Positions 1 through 9,154 of a stretch of DNA of 64,000 nucleotides are shown here, one piece after another. A program made the translations under genes and the position numbers. Source of the DNA: a virus (Duplodnaviria; Caudoviricetes); IMG/VR virus record IMGVR_UViG_3300046662_000041, positions 28,924 through 92,923 of that record; one strand, given 5' to 3'. Position 1 is the stretch's first letter. Every line of letters begins with the position of its first letter. The notes under the pieces are model-generated. The model worked only from the letters and a program-made list of their open reading frames with translations. It was not told where the DNA came from and searched no databases.

Positions 1-303
1 CGCAAGTTCATTAGCGTCAATGTAACGTAGAATCGAATCGCGATGGAAATTCTCTCGTGGCCAACTGCAGTTTGCACCAGTATGTTGTGGCTCAAGATTT
101 GCAAGTCCACGATAGAAAATCTTATCTTTGAATCTTTCAAAACGGCCTAAATTCTTGAGCAAAATTGGTTCATGTCGCCCCGGAGCACCGTGCGGCTCAA
201 GACTTTCGATAATGATAAAGCGATCTACGACCGAGGCGAGCTCATGCAACCGGATCTCAAGGAGATCAAGTTCATTGAAGAATAAAATTGCATCAATGAT
301 CAT
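1..303 (-). CDS. GT17 (MGAT3/GnT-III-like) glycosyltransferase, N-terminal part, runs off the window edge; absent from the ORF track
   Basis: Manual translation from ATG at 303: MIIDAILFFNELDLLEIRLHELASVVDRFIIIES...FERFKDKIFY...WPRENFHRD. The FNELDLLEIRLxEL...VDxF...ES and W.RE.+.R motifs are typical of GT17. Start overlaps the stop of the upstream gene. Confidence 0.8.
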   Translation of the reverse strand, partial: MIIDAILFFNELDLLEIRLHELASVVDRFIIIESLEPHGAPGRHEPILLKNLGRFERFKDKIFYRGLANLEPQHTGANCSWPRENFHRDSILRYIDANELA

Positions 304-836
304 TATGCATACCAGATTGCGCCAGTGCCAACCTTGTGGCCTGGAACGAACTCATTTATCGCTTGAGCTACACCATCCCACTGTCGATCGTGGCCGCAGA
401 GTAATCCGCCAGGAGCCAGCCGGAGCTTCCATGCAACAATGTCGGCAACCACTGAAGCATAATCGTGTGACGCATCGAGGAAGATCATATCGAAGTAGCC
501 GCGCAATTGCTTGGCCGCTTCGATTGAAGGCAATTTGACGACGATCACGTTATTGAGATCGATCAGATTTTTGATGAATATTTTGTAGAGCCAGTCTTCC
601 TCGTGATCAGCAAGCTCGCGCGCCATTTCTACCTCGCCGACGCTACCGGCAAAGGTGTCAATGCAGTAAACTGTGCCGGCTGTATTGTCGGCCATTGCAC
701 GTGCTGTACAGCCTTTGTACGATCCCACCTCGACGATCGCGTGACGCTGGCTTGCTTGTGCTGCAAGCCAGGTGAGCTCATCCCGTCTTTCTTGACAATC
801 ATAATCCGAGATTGCCATTGCTTTATCGATATTCAT
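303..836 (-). CDS. Class I SAM-dependent methyltransferase (Methyltransf_24-like)
   Basis: VEVGSYKGCT, CIDTF, FDMIFLDASHDY, LAPGGLLCGHD motifs. Confidence 0.85.
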   Translation of the reverse strand: MNIDKAMAISDYDCQERRDELTWLAAQASQRHAIVEVGSYKGCTARAMADNTAGTVYCIDTFAGSVGEVEMARELADHEEDWLYKIFIKNLIDLNNVIVVKLPSIEAAKQLRGYFDMIFLDASHDYASVVADIVAWKLRLAPGGLLCGHDRQWDGVAQAINEFVPGHKVGTGAIWYA

Positions 837-838
837 GG

Positions 839-1408
839 CTACTCCTCAAACGCTGGAATGTTGTAGAGTCCCGAGCGATGCATAATGATCTCACCGGTGC
901 GGTACTCAATGTGCCAGTAATTATCGCCGCCAAAGTCAACGTCGCTAACCTGGCCAAGAAACTGATCAAGGCCCATCATGTCGTCCACAACGATTAACGC
1001 ATCCGGCCGAAGCGTGGTGATCACTCGAATCTCATCAGGAAGCGGATTACCATCATCAGCCGTATGTGGGCCGCTCGAATGTGCGTCGAGCCAGAAAATG
1101 ACTGGCCCAGCATGTACATCTTGGCCAAGAATCGCGTGCAGCGCGTGGCGACTTGTCCCATAATAGCAGTGAATATGCTTGAAAGGCTGAAGATATTTGA
1201 ACGATCGCTCAAACAGGCCAGCATGAAGTTCGACCGTGTAGATCGCATCAAAGTCTTTGCGCAAATTGTAAGGTGTGACACCTTCACACGTGCCTGTCTC
1301 GACCAGCGTCTTTATGCCAGTGGTCTGCCCAAGCCAACGAAGGAGATCGATTTTCCACTGACCCGAGACTGGATCCGGCCACTGCTTAAAGTTTGGGGCA
1401 CCTTTCAT
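839..1408 (-). CDS. SAM-dependent methyltransferase-like protein
   Basis: LVETGTCEG, TVEL, FWLDAH, IVVDD motifs of glycan-associated methyltransferases. Confidence 0.7.
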   Translation of the reverse strand: MKGAPNFKQWPDPVSGQWKIDLLRWLGQTTGIKTLVETGTCEGVTPYNLRKDFDAIYTVELHAGLFERSFKYLQPFKHIHCYYGTSRHALHAILGQDVHAGPVIFWLDAHSSGPHTADDGNPLPDEIRVITTLRPDALIVVDDMMGLDQFLGQVSDVDFGGDNYWHIEYRTGEIIMHRSGLYNIPAFEE

Positions 1409-2418
1409 TTTCCCTCCATCACAAGGTCAACTGCTTTGAAAACGGCAGTGAGACGGTTAACATAGGTATGCTTGGCTGCGACATAGTCCATGAGACCGTG
1501 AAGTTCGTCAAGCGACGTTGTCCGTAGCCGCTCACGCGCGATGTTAAATAAAAGGTAAGGATCTGGATTACAAATTAACCTGCCGCCGAAGAGCCGATTA
1601 ACTTTCTCTGAATTCGTCACACCAAACTGACCGTAGCTAATGTTTTTGAAAATTCGGCACGGTGCATATCCTTCTGTTAAGTGGTGCGAGCCAACTATTG
1701 CGGGTGCGAAGTACGATTCGCGCACCAAGCGAATGTTCTCTTCAGGACTAACGACCTTCTGATGACCGAGCCAGGTGTATCGATCGTCAACCTGGCCGGC
1801 ACCAAGGTGCCGAAGCTCGACTCCATTGTGGGCACACGCAGTCCCAAAACGGTTGATCTCAACTTCATTAACTCGCCAATAAGTGCCCACATAGTTAATC
1901 ACCCGGCTTTCCAGATTCAGTGGGCGAGCCCCAGCTTTCATCTGCTCAATCTCTGGCGGCGTAAGATCAGTCGCCCACCGAAAATCCATGTGGTTCCAAG
2001 CTGGGAAATAAGGTGCATCTTCTCCGACCCAAATAGCTTCTGGTCGATTGATCGGACGGCGCCCGAATGGCTGAGAATCATCATAAGCATATGTCCAGTC
2101 GATAAAGACATTCCAGCTCATGTGCCCTCGAAGGCCCCAAAATTTATCACGCACAGGTGCATAATCTGATCCACCGTGGACCATATAGAAGCAATCCTGC
2201 CGTGCAGGCAGTTGCGGCGCCACGTCGTGATTGGTAATGAAGAAGGTATTCGGCCGATCGACGTCAACGCCGGATCCGGCATCGAGCCAGGTGACATCTT
2301 TATCCGGAAACATGTACTTCAGCCCACGGAAGAGGCCGTCGTGAATATGACTGTGGGTGTGATAAGAGTTTTTGAAGCCCCACACAACATAGTGATCGAA
2401 ATTCATAAGCGAATCCAC
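1405..2418 (-). CDS. Putative GT-B fold glycosyltransferase
   Basis: N-terminal HTHSHIH; C-terminal PCRIFKNISYG and KHTYVNRL resemble CgeB/GT1-like C-termini; cluster context. Confidence 0.55.
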   Translation of the reverse strand: MDSLMNFDHYVVWGFKNSYHTHSHIHDGLFRGLKYMFPDKDVTWLDAGSGVDVDRPNTFFITNHDVAPQLPARQDCFYMVHGGSDYAPVRDKFWGLRGHMSWNVFIDWTYAYDDSQPFGRRPINRPEAIWVGEDAPYFPAWNHMDFRWATDLTPPEIEQMKAGARPLNLESRVINYVGTYWRVNEVEINRFGTACAHNGVELRHLGAGQVDDRYTWLGHQKVVSPEENIRLVRESYFAPAIVGSHHLTEGYAPCRIFKNISYGQFGVTNSEKVNRLFGGRLICNPDPYLLFNIARERLRTTSLDELHGLMDYVAAKHTYVNRLTAVFKAVDLVMEGK

Positions 2419-3236
2419 CTATCAGGTATGATGTCATGTGAATCTTCTTGAGCTTTCTGGTCCAAAAACCAACGCTTCGGCGCGATCACGATCCCATCAG
2501 CATCTGCATGACCTAGCCACGCGCCCCACCAACTATACGAGCTATTTGCCATGATCGCATGCTGGCAGGCACTCATCAAGTGGAGCTCCAAGTCCTCGCG
2601 GCCGAGATGGCCCTTCACAGTCCGATCAAAGTTGCCGGCCACGACTGTGCGATGCTTGAGCTTGAAGTTCTCCTCACACCACCCTGGCTCATCCGAGAAG
2701 ACGAAGAAGCAAGGATCCTCAACCTGACGTGCGATCAAATCCGCGGCCGCATTGTAGTAATCCATTCCAAGTGTGCCGTGGAAGGAATTGTTCACGTAAT
2801 CAGTGCGGCGAACCGTGAGAAACACACTCTTGCGCCCTTCACTTTGAATGTGGCTCAAAGTCGAAGCAGCATGCGGTGTCAAGTCGCCTGCCGGCCTAAA
2901 TTTTGCTTTGAATTCTTCCTTGAGCTCCATGAAGTACTTCTCGGTCTGCCAATAACCAACCATCGAAACAGGTACGCCAGCAGGAGCATTCAATTGCTCG
3001 GGTCTGTAGGGTAGACCCTCCTCACGAATAATGTGGCCATTCAAAAGATTATAAGGCAGATCCTTTGTCCCTGTGAAGAGATCCAGCGAGAACATCCTAA
3101 ATTCGTTTGGTGATTCAAACCGTGAGCGATCAAGCATCAAAATACTATCACGCTTCCTGGCCAGCGCGAGGCCTGCCGCGTACTGAAACATCTGATTCGC
3201 GCAGCCACCCATCAAATAAGTCGTGACAGCACTCAT
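2403..3236 (-). CDS. Alpha-1,2-fucosyltransferase-like (GT11)
   Basis: GGCANQMFQYA, GYWQTEKYF, VRRTDY, FSDEPGWC, ANSSYSWWGAWL motifs. Confidence 0.9.
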   Translation of the reverse strand: MSAVTTYLMGGCANQMFQYAAGLALARKRDSILMLDRSRFESPNEFRMFSLDLFTGTKDLPYNLLNGHIIREEGLPYRPEQLNAPAGVPVSMVGYWQTEKYFMELKEEFKAKFRPAGDLTPHAASTLSHIQSEGRKSVFLTVRRTDYVNNSFHGTLGMDYYNAAADLIARQVEDPCFFVFSDEPGWCEENFKLKHRTVVAGNFDRTVKGHLGREDLELHLMSACQHAIMANSSYSWWGAWLGHADADGIVIAPKRWFLDQKAQEDSHDIIPDRWIRL

Positions 3237-3565
3237 TTGATTTGCCTCTCAGCCTTGCGGGCCTTCTTCATTATTTCCTTGACGATAAAAGGCTGCATCT
3301 TCGGCCATTCTTCAGTGCGGCTTAATCCACGTCTGACATAGAACTCGAAGCATATTGCACGATGCCATCGAGTGTAAATCCACACGTTCCAGCCAATAGA
3401 TGGTGCATAGCAATCTGTGCAGACTGGAATAATAGAAAACACTTTCCACCATACCCATGTCACGGGTCCGTGCGTATGATTTTTGAATATGATGGTCGGA
3501 AAGTATAAATTGACGGTTTCAATGTTACGCGCCCAGGCAGGCCACAAGGAAATGCTTCGAATCAT
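3233..3565 (-). CDS. Hypothetical Trp-rich protein (start revised to 3565)
   Basis: ATGA overlaps with both neighbours; no recognisable motif. Confidence 0.5.
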   Translation of the reverse strand: MIRSISLWPAWARNIETVNLYFPTIIFKNHTHGPVTWVWWKVFSIIPVCTDCYAPSIGWNVWIYTRWHRAICFEFYVRRGLSRTEEWPKMQPFIVKEIMKKARKAERQIK

Positions 3566-4284
3566 TGATTGATCCCCTTGACATTGTAATTGTACCGTGC
3601 GTGCATCCATCGCGGGTCGAACTGGCGCCGCATGCCTTGCGCGCAGTAGTGGCTGGTAATCCAAGTTGCCCACGGCGCATTGTCGTCTACAAGACCGTAC
3701 TCCGGATTATGCCAAGCCTTTAATTCGCCACGCTGAAAATATGGTCCGAGCACCTGGCCAATGACACGATCCTCTGCCCAATCACCAGTATCGTGCGCAT
3801 TAACAATTAACTGGGCCGCTCGACGAGAAAGCCAATAGCCATTGCCGCCGGAAATCCATGCCCAATACCGTGCATATTGATTTCCGTAATGAGGATGTCG
3901 CGGATGCCAAGGACCTGGATCGCCAACCGTCGCATCAGGTTGGCCTATTGGACCATTAAAGAACCCAACAAGGTCATACGCTTCAAAACCTGACTTCAGC
4001 AGCCGATCAGGGCGGACATAGGTGTCTGTATCGCATAAGAAGATGAAGTCGTAATCGGTTTCCAGAAACCAACACAGGATCGCCCGGGTCTTATGCGGCA
4101 ATGCCATGTAATCGTCGGGGCAATTGATCCGTACCTCATCCGGTTGGAGATTGACCGTCCCTTGGCCGACGAAGAAACGGACGTCTGCCCCTTCAACGTC
4201 CTTGACCCATGTATCCCGTAGCGCCTGGTGGAAGCCGTTGAGAGCGTCTCGCTCACAGCCCTTGATTGCAAGCAGAAGCTTCAT
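3562..4284 (-). CDS. GT31-like (galactosyltransferase/Fringe-like) glycosyltransferase, paralog 1
   Basis: LRDTW, PDDYMALPHK, CDTDTY (DxD), SGGNGYWLS, AEDR. Confidence 0.8.
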   Translation of the reverse strand: MKLLLAIKGCERDALNGFHQALRDTWVKDVEGADVRFFVGQGTVNLQPDEVRINCPDDYMALPHKTRAILCWFLETDYDFIFLCDTDTYVRPDRLLKSGFEAYDLVGFFNGPIGQPDATVGDPGPWHPRHPHYGNQYARYWAWISGGNGYWLSRRAAQLIVNAHDTGDWAEDRVIGQVLGPYFQRGELKAWHNPEYGLVDDNAPWATWITSHYCAQGMRRQFDPRWMHARYNYNVKGINQ

Positions 4285-5072
4285 GCTTTTTCAACTCCGC
4301 CTCCGAACATCACGTACTCCCGTATCCCGCGTTTCACGAAGCAGGGCCGCTCCGGCCGCCTTGCACGGCCACGGAACCCTGCATACCGTGGATCAGTCTT
4401 CTTATAAAGCTGCTCACGTATGTTGACATCCGTGACATATACAACCTTATGGCCGGCCCGTTTCACGTCCACAAAGAATGCACCGTGCTCACCGCCGCCG
4501 ATCTTGACATCGTTATCCCAAGTGATTTTATCGGGGCCAGGACCTAAAATACTTTTGCGGATCAATGAATAGTTGACCGTAAGATCACACAGATGATACT
4601 CGACACCCGCAACAAAGCGGGGCGCATTGAAGCGAATATACTGCTCGATGATCCTGCCACCTTGATCGATCAACCAGCCCTCGTAGCGATAGCCATTGAC
4701 GCGGCCGCTTGCGATTGCAATCTCTGGATCATTATCCAAGACTGTGACCAATCGCTCGATGCCACGTCGTGCAGGACCGAAATCGAAATCGTCCGAGCCG
4801 ATCAAAAGGTATGGCCGCTCACAGACGGCGGCGCCTTTGTTTGATTTGTAGCCGAAGCCCGAATCAAAGGCGCATTGAATAACGATGTGCCCTTGTTGTT
4901 TCAGCATCGTGTACGCCTGTAGCTTGGTAGCCGTCATATCGCCATCATCAACGATGATCATCTGGAGCTCAGGATACTGATCAACAATAACACGGACTGT
5001 CTCAGCAAGATATTCATCTCGCAAGAAAGTCTTGATCAGTACAGCCACTTGCTCCAAATCAGGCTTGTACAT
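4281..5072 (-). CDS. GT-A glycosyltransferase resembling the GT2/B4GALNT (GT12) catalytic domain
   Basis: IKTFLR, IVDDG, DSGFGYKSN, SDDFDF, CDLTVNY, WD..KIGGGEHGAFF. Confidence 0.75.
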   Translation of the reverse strand: MYKPDLEQVAVLIKTFLRDEYLAETVRVIVDQYPELQMIIVDDGDMTATKLQAYTMLKQQGHIVIQCAFDSGFGYKSNKGAAVCERPYLLIGSDDFDFGPARRGIERLVTVLDNDPEIAIASGRVNGYRYEGWLIDQGGRIIEQYIRFNAPRFVAGVEYHLCDLTVNYSLIRKSILGPGPDKITWDNDVKIGGGEHGAFFVDVKRAGHKVVYVTDVNIREQLYKKTDPRYAGFRGRARRPERPCFVKRGIREYVMFGGGVEKA

Positions 5073-5817
5073 GTTGCTTGCTCCGGTCCGGATGATCCGT
5101 TGGTGGATGCATTAACTCACTCTCTGAAACTTCGACGCGGCGTACGCCCATCACAGGAATCCTCACGTCAGGCAATCGTGGAAGGACTATCTCACTGTGC
5201 AGACGATGCATCTCCCGCATTTGCAGTGGTGTAAACTCACAAAAGGCTGCCGCGTGGCGTGCACTGGTACGTATAATGGTATAAGGGTCAAGTGGCGGAC
5301 AGAGTGGAGCCAATATATTTCCAATCTGCGTGCCTAGGATACCTTCATTGGCTAATACATTCCCAACCCAACGATCCTCTGCCCAATCACCATTAAGTCT
5401 TGCATCTCCTACAATTTTTGCAGCAAGATGATTAAGTCGATAGCAAAAGCCACTAGCATATTCAGCGGCATACCCGCCGGATGGTGAACGGAAGCGCCCC
5501 ACGTATGCATAGCGTTCCTGTAGGCTTCCATTAGGGACCTTCAATAAAAGTGAAGGCACAACGTAGATATCATCATCAACCTTCCAGATATGGTCATAGC
5601 TTTCTTGAGCTGCCCACGCAAAAAGCTTCTTAACCTTCTCAGGCAACCCGCTATAATCATCTGGTGCATCGAGTAGCACTTCATCATCTGCGATACTTGT
5701 TCCGGCATGAAAGAAACGCACATCTGCACCGTGCACCATCTTTTTCCAGGTGTCACGCACGGCATTCCTGCGCTCGACATTGGCAGCGCATGAGAGGACC
5801 GCAAAAAGCACTCTCAT
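5059..5817 (-). CDS. GT31-like glycosyltransferase, paralog 2
   Basis: RRNAVRDTW, PDDYSGLPEK, KVDDDIY, YASGFCYRL, WAEDRWVG. Confidence 0.8.
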   Translation of the reverse strand: MRVLFAVLSCAANVERRNAVRDTWKKMVHGADVRFFHAGTSIADDEVLLDAPDDYSGLPEKVKKLFAWAAQESYDHIWKVDDDIYVVPSLLLKVPNGSLQERYAYVGRFRSPSGGYAAEYASGFCYRLNHLAAKIVGDARLNGDWAEDRWVGNVLANEGILGTQIGNILAPLCPPLDPYTIIRTSARHAAAFCEFTPLQMREMHRLHSEIVLPRLPDVRIPVMGVRRVEVSESELMHPPTDHPDRSKQHVQA

Positions 5818-6500
5818 CGTGGCTCCAGAATCACCCGCGGCTTACGATGGGTGCGAATATATGTTGGATAGTAGCGATCCATTGCTGTCTGCATTGGGAC
5901 AAACATTTTCACGTCAAGCTCGCCGAAGACTGCCATCCAACCCATACGTGAATCGGAAAGCCAAATCTTGACAGGATCCGGAATGCCACCCAAAAGAGCA
6001 CGATAATGATAATGATCATGCATCGGCCGAATGCCAGCACTGTAAAGTGTTGTGCCGGTCCAGCGATCTTCATTGGTGTCTGCTGTTAGTGGTGCATTCG
6101 CGATTGTAATCATTGCCTTGCGACTTAGCCAATACGCATACCCACTACAATATGGAATTTCTTGGCTGGGACGGACGTTGCCAACGTAGTCGTGAGGAGC
6201 AACAGGAACTTGAAGCAAGCGATCAACATTTACCCAGCAATCGTCATCTACCTTGAATAAATAATCAAAATCATGTTCGAATGCCCAGCGGCAGATTGCT
6301 TGGACCTTGGCAGGCAACGAAAGATAGTTGTCGGCCACATCGAGCTGGATCCCCGATGCAGGCATTGGATAATGCCCAACAAAGTGATGAATCTCAACAC
6401 CAGATGGCCATGTACCGCGTGCCCACGTAGCCCGCTGGGCATCAGCGCGTTTTACATAAATTGGGTCATTACAAGTGGCAATAGCGATAAGCGTTTTCAT
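5814..6500 (-). CDS. GT31-like glycosyltransferase, paralog 3
   Basis: QRATW, DNYLSLPAK, KVDDDCW, YCSGYAYWLS, NEDRWTG. Confidence 0.8.
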   Translation of the reverse strand: MKTLIAIATCNDPIYVKRADAQRATWARGTWPSGVEIHHFVGHYPMPASGIQLDVADNYLSLPAKVQAICRWAFEHDFDYLFKVDDDCWVNVDRLLQVPVAPHDYVGNVRPSQEIPYCSGYAYWLSRKAMITIANAPLTADTNEDRWTGTTLYSAGIRPMHDHYHYRALLGGIPDPVKIWLSDSRMGWMAVFGELDVKMFVPMQTAMDRYYPTYIRTHRKPRVILEPR

Positions 6501-7324
6501 TCAACGCCACCGAAAACTTCATCGAATGATGAGGACGAAGTGGCACCTGGGGAAGTCCCGCCACCTTGCTGGTTGGTTGTAGCCTCTTTTCCGTCCTCAC
6601 CACTGATATCATAAAGATGTGACAAGCTCTGTTGCCAGGTACCGTGAAGCCTTGCCAATACCTGCCGCACATGCGGTGATTTCAAGCCGAGCTCTTCTGC
6701 AACCGTGACGCTATCCCAGCCGAGCCGATAATATAAGTACACGACTGCAATGAGAACCTCGGCGTGGCCTTTCTCGGTCAGCACAAGATCCGTATCCAGA
6801 TTCTGAATCTGTATCTCGAGATTCCGCAGCTTCTTGTGCGTCAGATAATCACGAGCAATTTCTGCTGTGACAGGAAGCTGACCATTGATTTCCTTCAAAG
6901 AGATAAAGAGCTGAATAATTTGATCATCATCCATCTCTATGAGATTGCTGTGACTAATTACGTAGTGCTCGTCGATCCAGCAGTTAAGGAGCTCCCGTTT
7001 GCGGGGTGCATAATTGATTGCTGCTTGACGAGCAACCGCAAGACGCTCGATTAACGTGAGGCCGGCCGGAGGATGGCAGTAGAATCTTTCTTCGAGGTGC
7101 GTGACCAGCAGGACCCTAAGAAGCTCGTTAGAAACTGCCCATTTAGGAGTCGAGAGCCGTCTTTCCTGCGTCCGGACACGCCTGACAGTATGCATCCGTG
7201 CGTAGTCCGCAAAACTGATCCCACTTTCAGCAGACACTGCACGCGTCCCACGGCCGGCATACTTAACACCCGGCTGAGGCGTAGCAAACGCGTAGCGATC
7301 GAAACTAGGTGACGCCCAATTCAT
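6497..7324 (-). CDS. Sigma-70 region-4-type HTH transcription regulator (candidate phage sigma/late activator)
   Basis: C-terminal VYLYYRLGWDSVTVAEELGLKSPHVRQVLARL; start MNWASP overlaps the upstream stop. Confidence 0.6.
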   Translation of the reverse strand: MNWASPSFDRYAFATPQPGVKYAGRGTRAVSAESGISFADYARMHTVRRVRTQERRLSTPKWAVSNELLRVLLVTHLEERFYCHPPAGLTLIERLAVARQAAINYAPRKRELLNCWIDEHYVISHSNLIEMDDDQIIQLFISLKEINGQLPVTAEIARDYLTHKKLRNLEIQIQNLDTDLVLTEKGHAEVLIAVVYLYYRLGWDSVTVAEELGLKSPHVRQVLARLHGTWQQSLSHLYDISGEDGKEATTNQQGGGTSPGATSSSSFDEVFGGVE

Positions 7325-7713
7325 TCTTTGGATGACCGTGGTGCAGCGTATTCGGCGCCACAATCAGCGCAACGCCAGATTCGCTTCTTGTCTGTGCTGT
7401 AGTGAATCCCACTGCCACAGTCAGGACAAATGCCTGGCTGTGTATTGTTGGCCCTTAGATTTTGAGGAGCTTGAATCTCATATTCTTTGCCACAGTGGCG
7501 GCAAGTCCCGTTGCCTGACACCGTGAGGATCGTCCCACACTCGGGACACTTCGGAAGTTTGCCAGTCTCAGTTAAAGCCAGCGCTCCGCGGCGATTGAAC
7601 TGTGGCTTTTGACCACTGGAAACTGCACCAAGCTGAGGATTACAGATACCGCAGTAAATACCTGTGCCTTCAGGATCGTAAACGCTATGTGGACATTTTC
7701 TTATTTGGTCCAT
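7321..7713 (-). CDS. Multi zinc-ribbon protein
   Basis: Six Cys/His pairs (CPH, CGIC, CPEC, CRHC, CPDC, CADC). Confidence 0.7.
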   Translation of the reverse strand: MDQIRKCPHSVYDPEGTGIYCGICNPQLGAVSSGQKPQFNRRGALALTETGKLPKCPECGTILTVSGNGTCRHCGKEYEIQAPQNLRANNTQPGICPDCGSGIHYSTDKKRIWRCADCGAEYAAPRSSKE

Positions 7714-8075
7714 TGTGGTGACCTGTCATGCTTCCCGCCAATTCCTGTATGACACTGCCTGCATAACGTCTGGCAATTCGCGACACTGATCTCTCCACTT
7801 CTATATTCACCCCTGCTTACTTCAACACAAGTGCCACGAGCAACTCGCTCATCCATCTCCAACTCATCCCAAATACCGACCTTGCCACACACAACGCATC
7901 GAAATTCATCGCGCTTAAATACCTGCGTCCTGATCCAGTGCTTCGCCCACTTCTCATCAATTTGAACGAGGACGCTATCATCCGCGAGATCTGCTTGGCA
8001 GGCTACCTTATAATTTCTGAAGATCCGGATCGGCAGGCCTTCAAGGTTGTTGAGCTCCACCCATGCTTGTGCCAT
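7701..8075 (-). CDS. HNH-like endonuclease (catalytic DH appears as DE)
   Basis: VFKRDEFRCVVCG...EMDER...NCQTLCRQCH. Confidence 0.7.
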   Translation of the reverse strand: MAQAWVELNNLEGLPIRIFRNYKVACQADLADDSVLVQIDEKWAKHWIRTQVFKRDEFRCVVCGKVGIWDELEMDERVARGTCVEVSRGEYRSGEISVANCQTLCRQCHTGIGGKHDRSPQWTK

Positions 8076-8484
8076 TGATAATCTCTCTTAATAGCTCGAC
8101 GTTGCGCGGATATCTGAAACCCAGCCACTCAAGCGCGCCCTTGAAGACATTGCATTTTGTACAGCAAGGCACCACGTTCTCGAATGCATAGCTTTTAAGA
8201 TTGTCTATGCGGTCAAGACCAATACCCGCTTCGGGTAATTTCCCTCCGCAGTATTCACATTGTTGCCTGCTGATTAAGGCTGCGTATTGCCCCGGAGTAA
8301 GAGACCATTCGATACCGCGCTGCTTCGCGCGCGACCTTCCAGAATTGAATCTGCCCTTAACAGTTCGTCTGTTTACTCTATTTGATTCAGAATACATCGC
8401 TTTATGCCCCAAGCGATAGTTCCGTTGATAAGTTTTACGATCCATAGACGTCTGAGCGATAAGTGCCGGAGAATTCTTGTGCAA
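8041..8484 (-). CDS. HNH-family endonuclease
   Basis: AKQRGIEWSLT, CEYCG, GLDRIDN..Y..ENVVPCCTKCN. Confidence 0.75.
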   Translation of the reverse strand: MHKNSPALIAQTSMDRKTYQRNYRLGHKAMYSESNRVNRRTVKGRFNSGRSRAKQRGIEWSLTPGQYAALISRQQCEYCGGKLPEAGIGLDRIDNLKSYAFENVVPCCTKCNVFKGALEWLGFRYPRNVELLREIINGTSMGGAQQP

Positions 8485-9154
8485 AAGCCAGGAAGATTGA
8501 TTTCCGCTTCAGCCAGTCCGGCATCTCTTTTGGAAGCCCCAGCTTCCTCATTGCAATCTCCACACCTTCAACAAAAGTCTTTCGCTCGTCTGTAGTCAGA
8601 AATGCCCCGCCAAAGTCAAACCAAGCTCCCTTCGGCAACTCTCCGGGCACAAAATTGTATGTCTGGTGAGCAAGGGCACGAATCTCGGTCACACCAATCT
8701 TCTCGTCTAGCGCCGCGGAAATCAGTTCTGCTGTGACTGGCTTGCCTGCTCGCTTCGCGGCAGCGGCAATTTCGTGTGCCTTCGTGATGCCCATCCGATC
8801 AAGCTCATCTTCAGTGAGATTTCCTTGACCGAAGATTTTCAGAAGCCGCTCGGCGACCCCAACATAAGAATAGAGCTGCTTCGAGCTGCGACCAAACTTC
8901 TCCTGAATCGAAATCAGATAACTGTTGAAACTGGTAAACCGGAGCTCGCGCCACACCTGATGGTGCTTGCAAGTAGCCAGAAGGGAGGCCAAGCGCGCGT
9001 AGCCTCGAGAAAGTTTATACTCTCCCTCAAGGACCGCAGCGACCTCCGCGTCAATGGCCGCATGCAGGACGACGGCAGATGCAGAAATCTCAACCGTAAG
9101 TGTATCAGGAGCCAAATGCTTATGCTGCTTTCTTCTCTTCGGCCTTCGCAGCAT
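8435..9154 (-). CDS. Hypothetical helical, probably DNA-binding protein
   Basis: Contiguous ORF in operon; WRELRFTSFNSY and MGITKAHEI pattern. Confidence 0.5.
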   Translation of the reverse strand: MLRRPKRRKQHKHLAPDTLTVEISASAVVLHAAIDAEVAAVLEGEYKLSRGYARLASLLATCKHHQVWRELRFTSFNSYLISIQEKFGRSSKQLYSYVGVAERLLKIFGQGNLTEDELDRMGITKAHEIAAAAKRAGKPVTAELISAALDEKIGVTEIRALAHQTYNFVPGELPKGAWFDFGGAFLTTDERKTFVEGVEIAMRKLGLPKEMPDWLKRKSIFLAFAQEFSGTYRSDVYGS

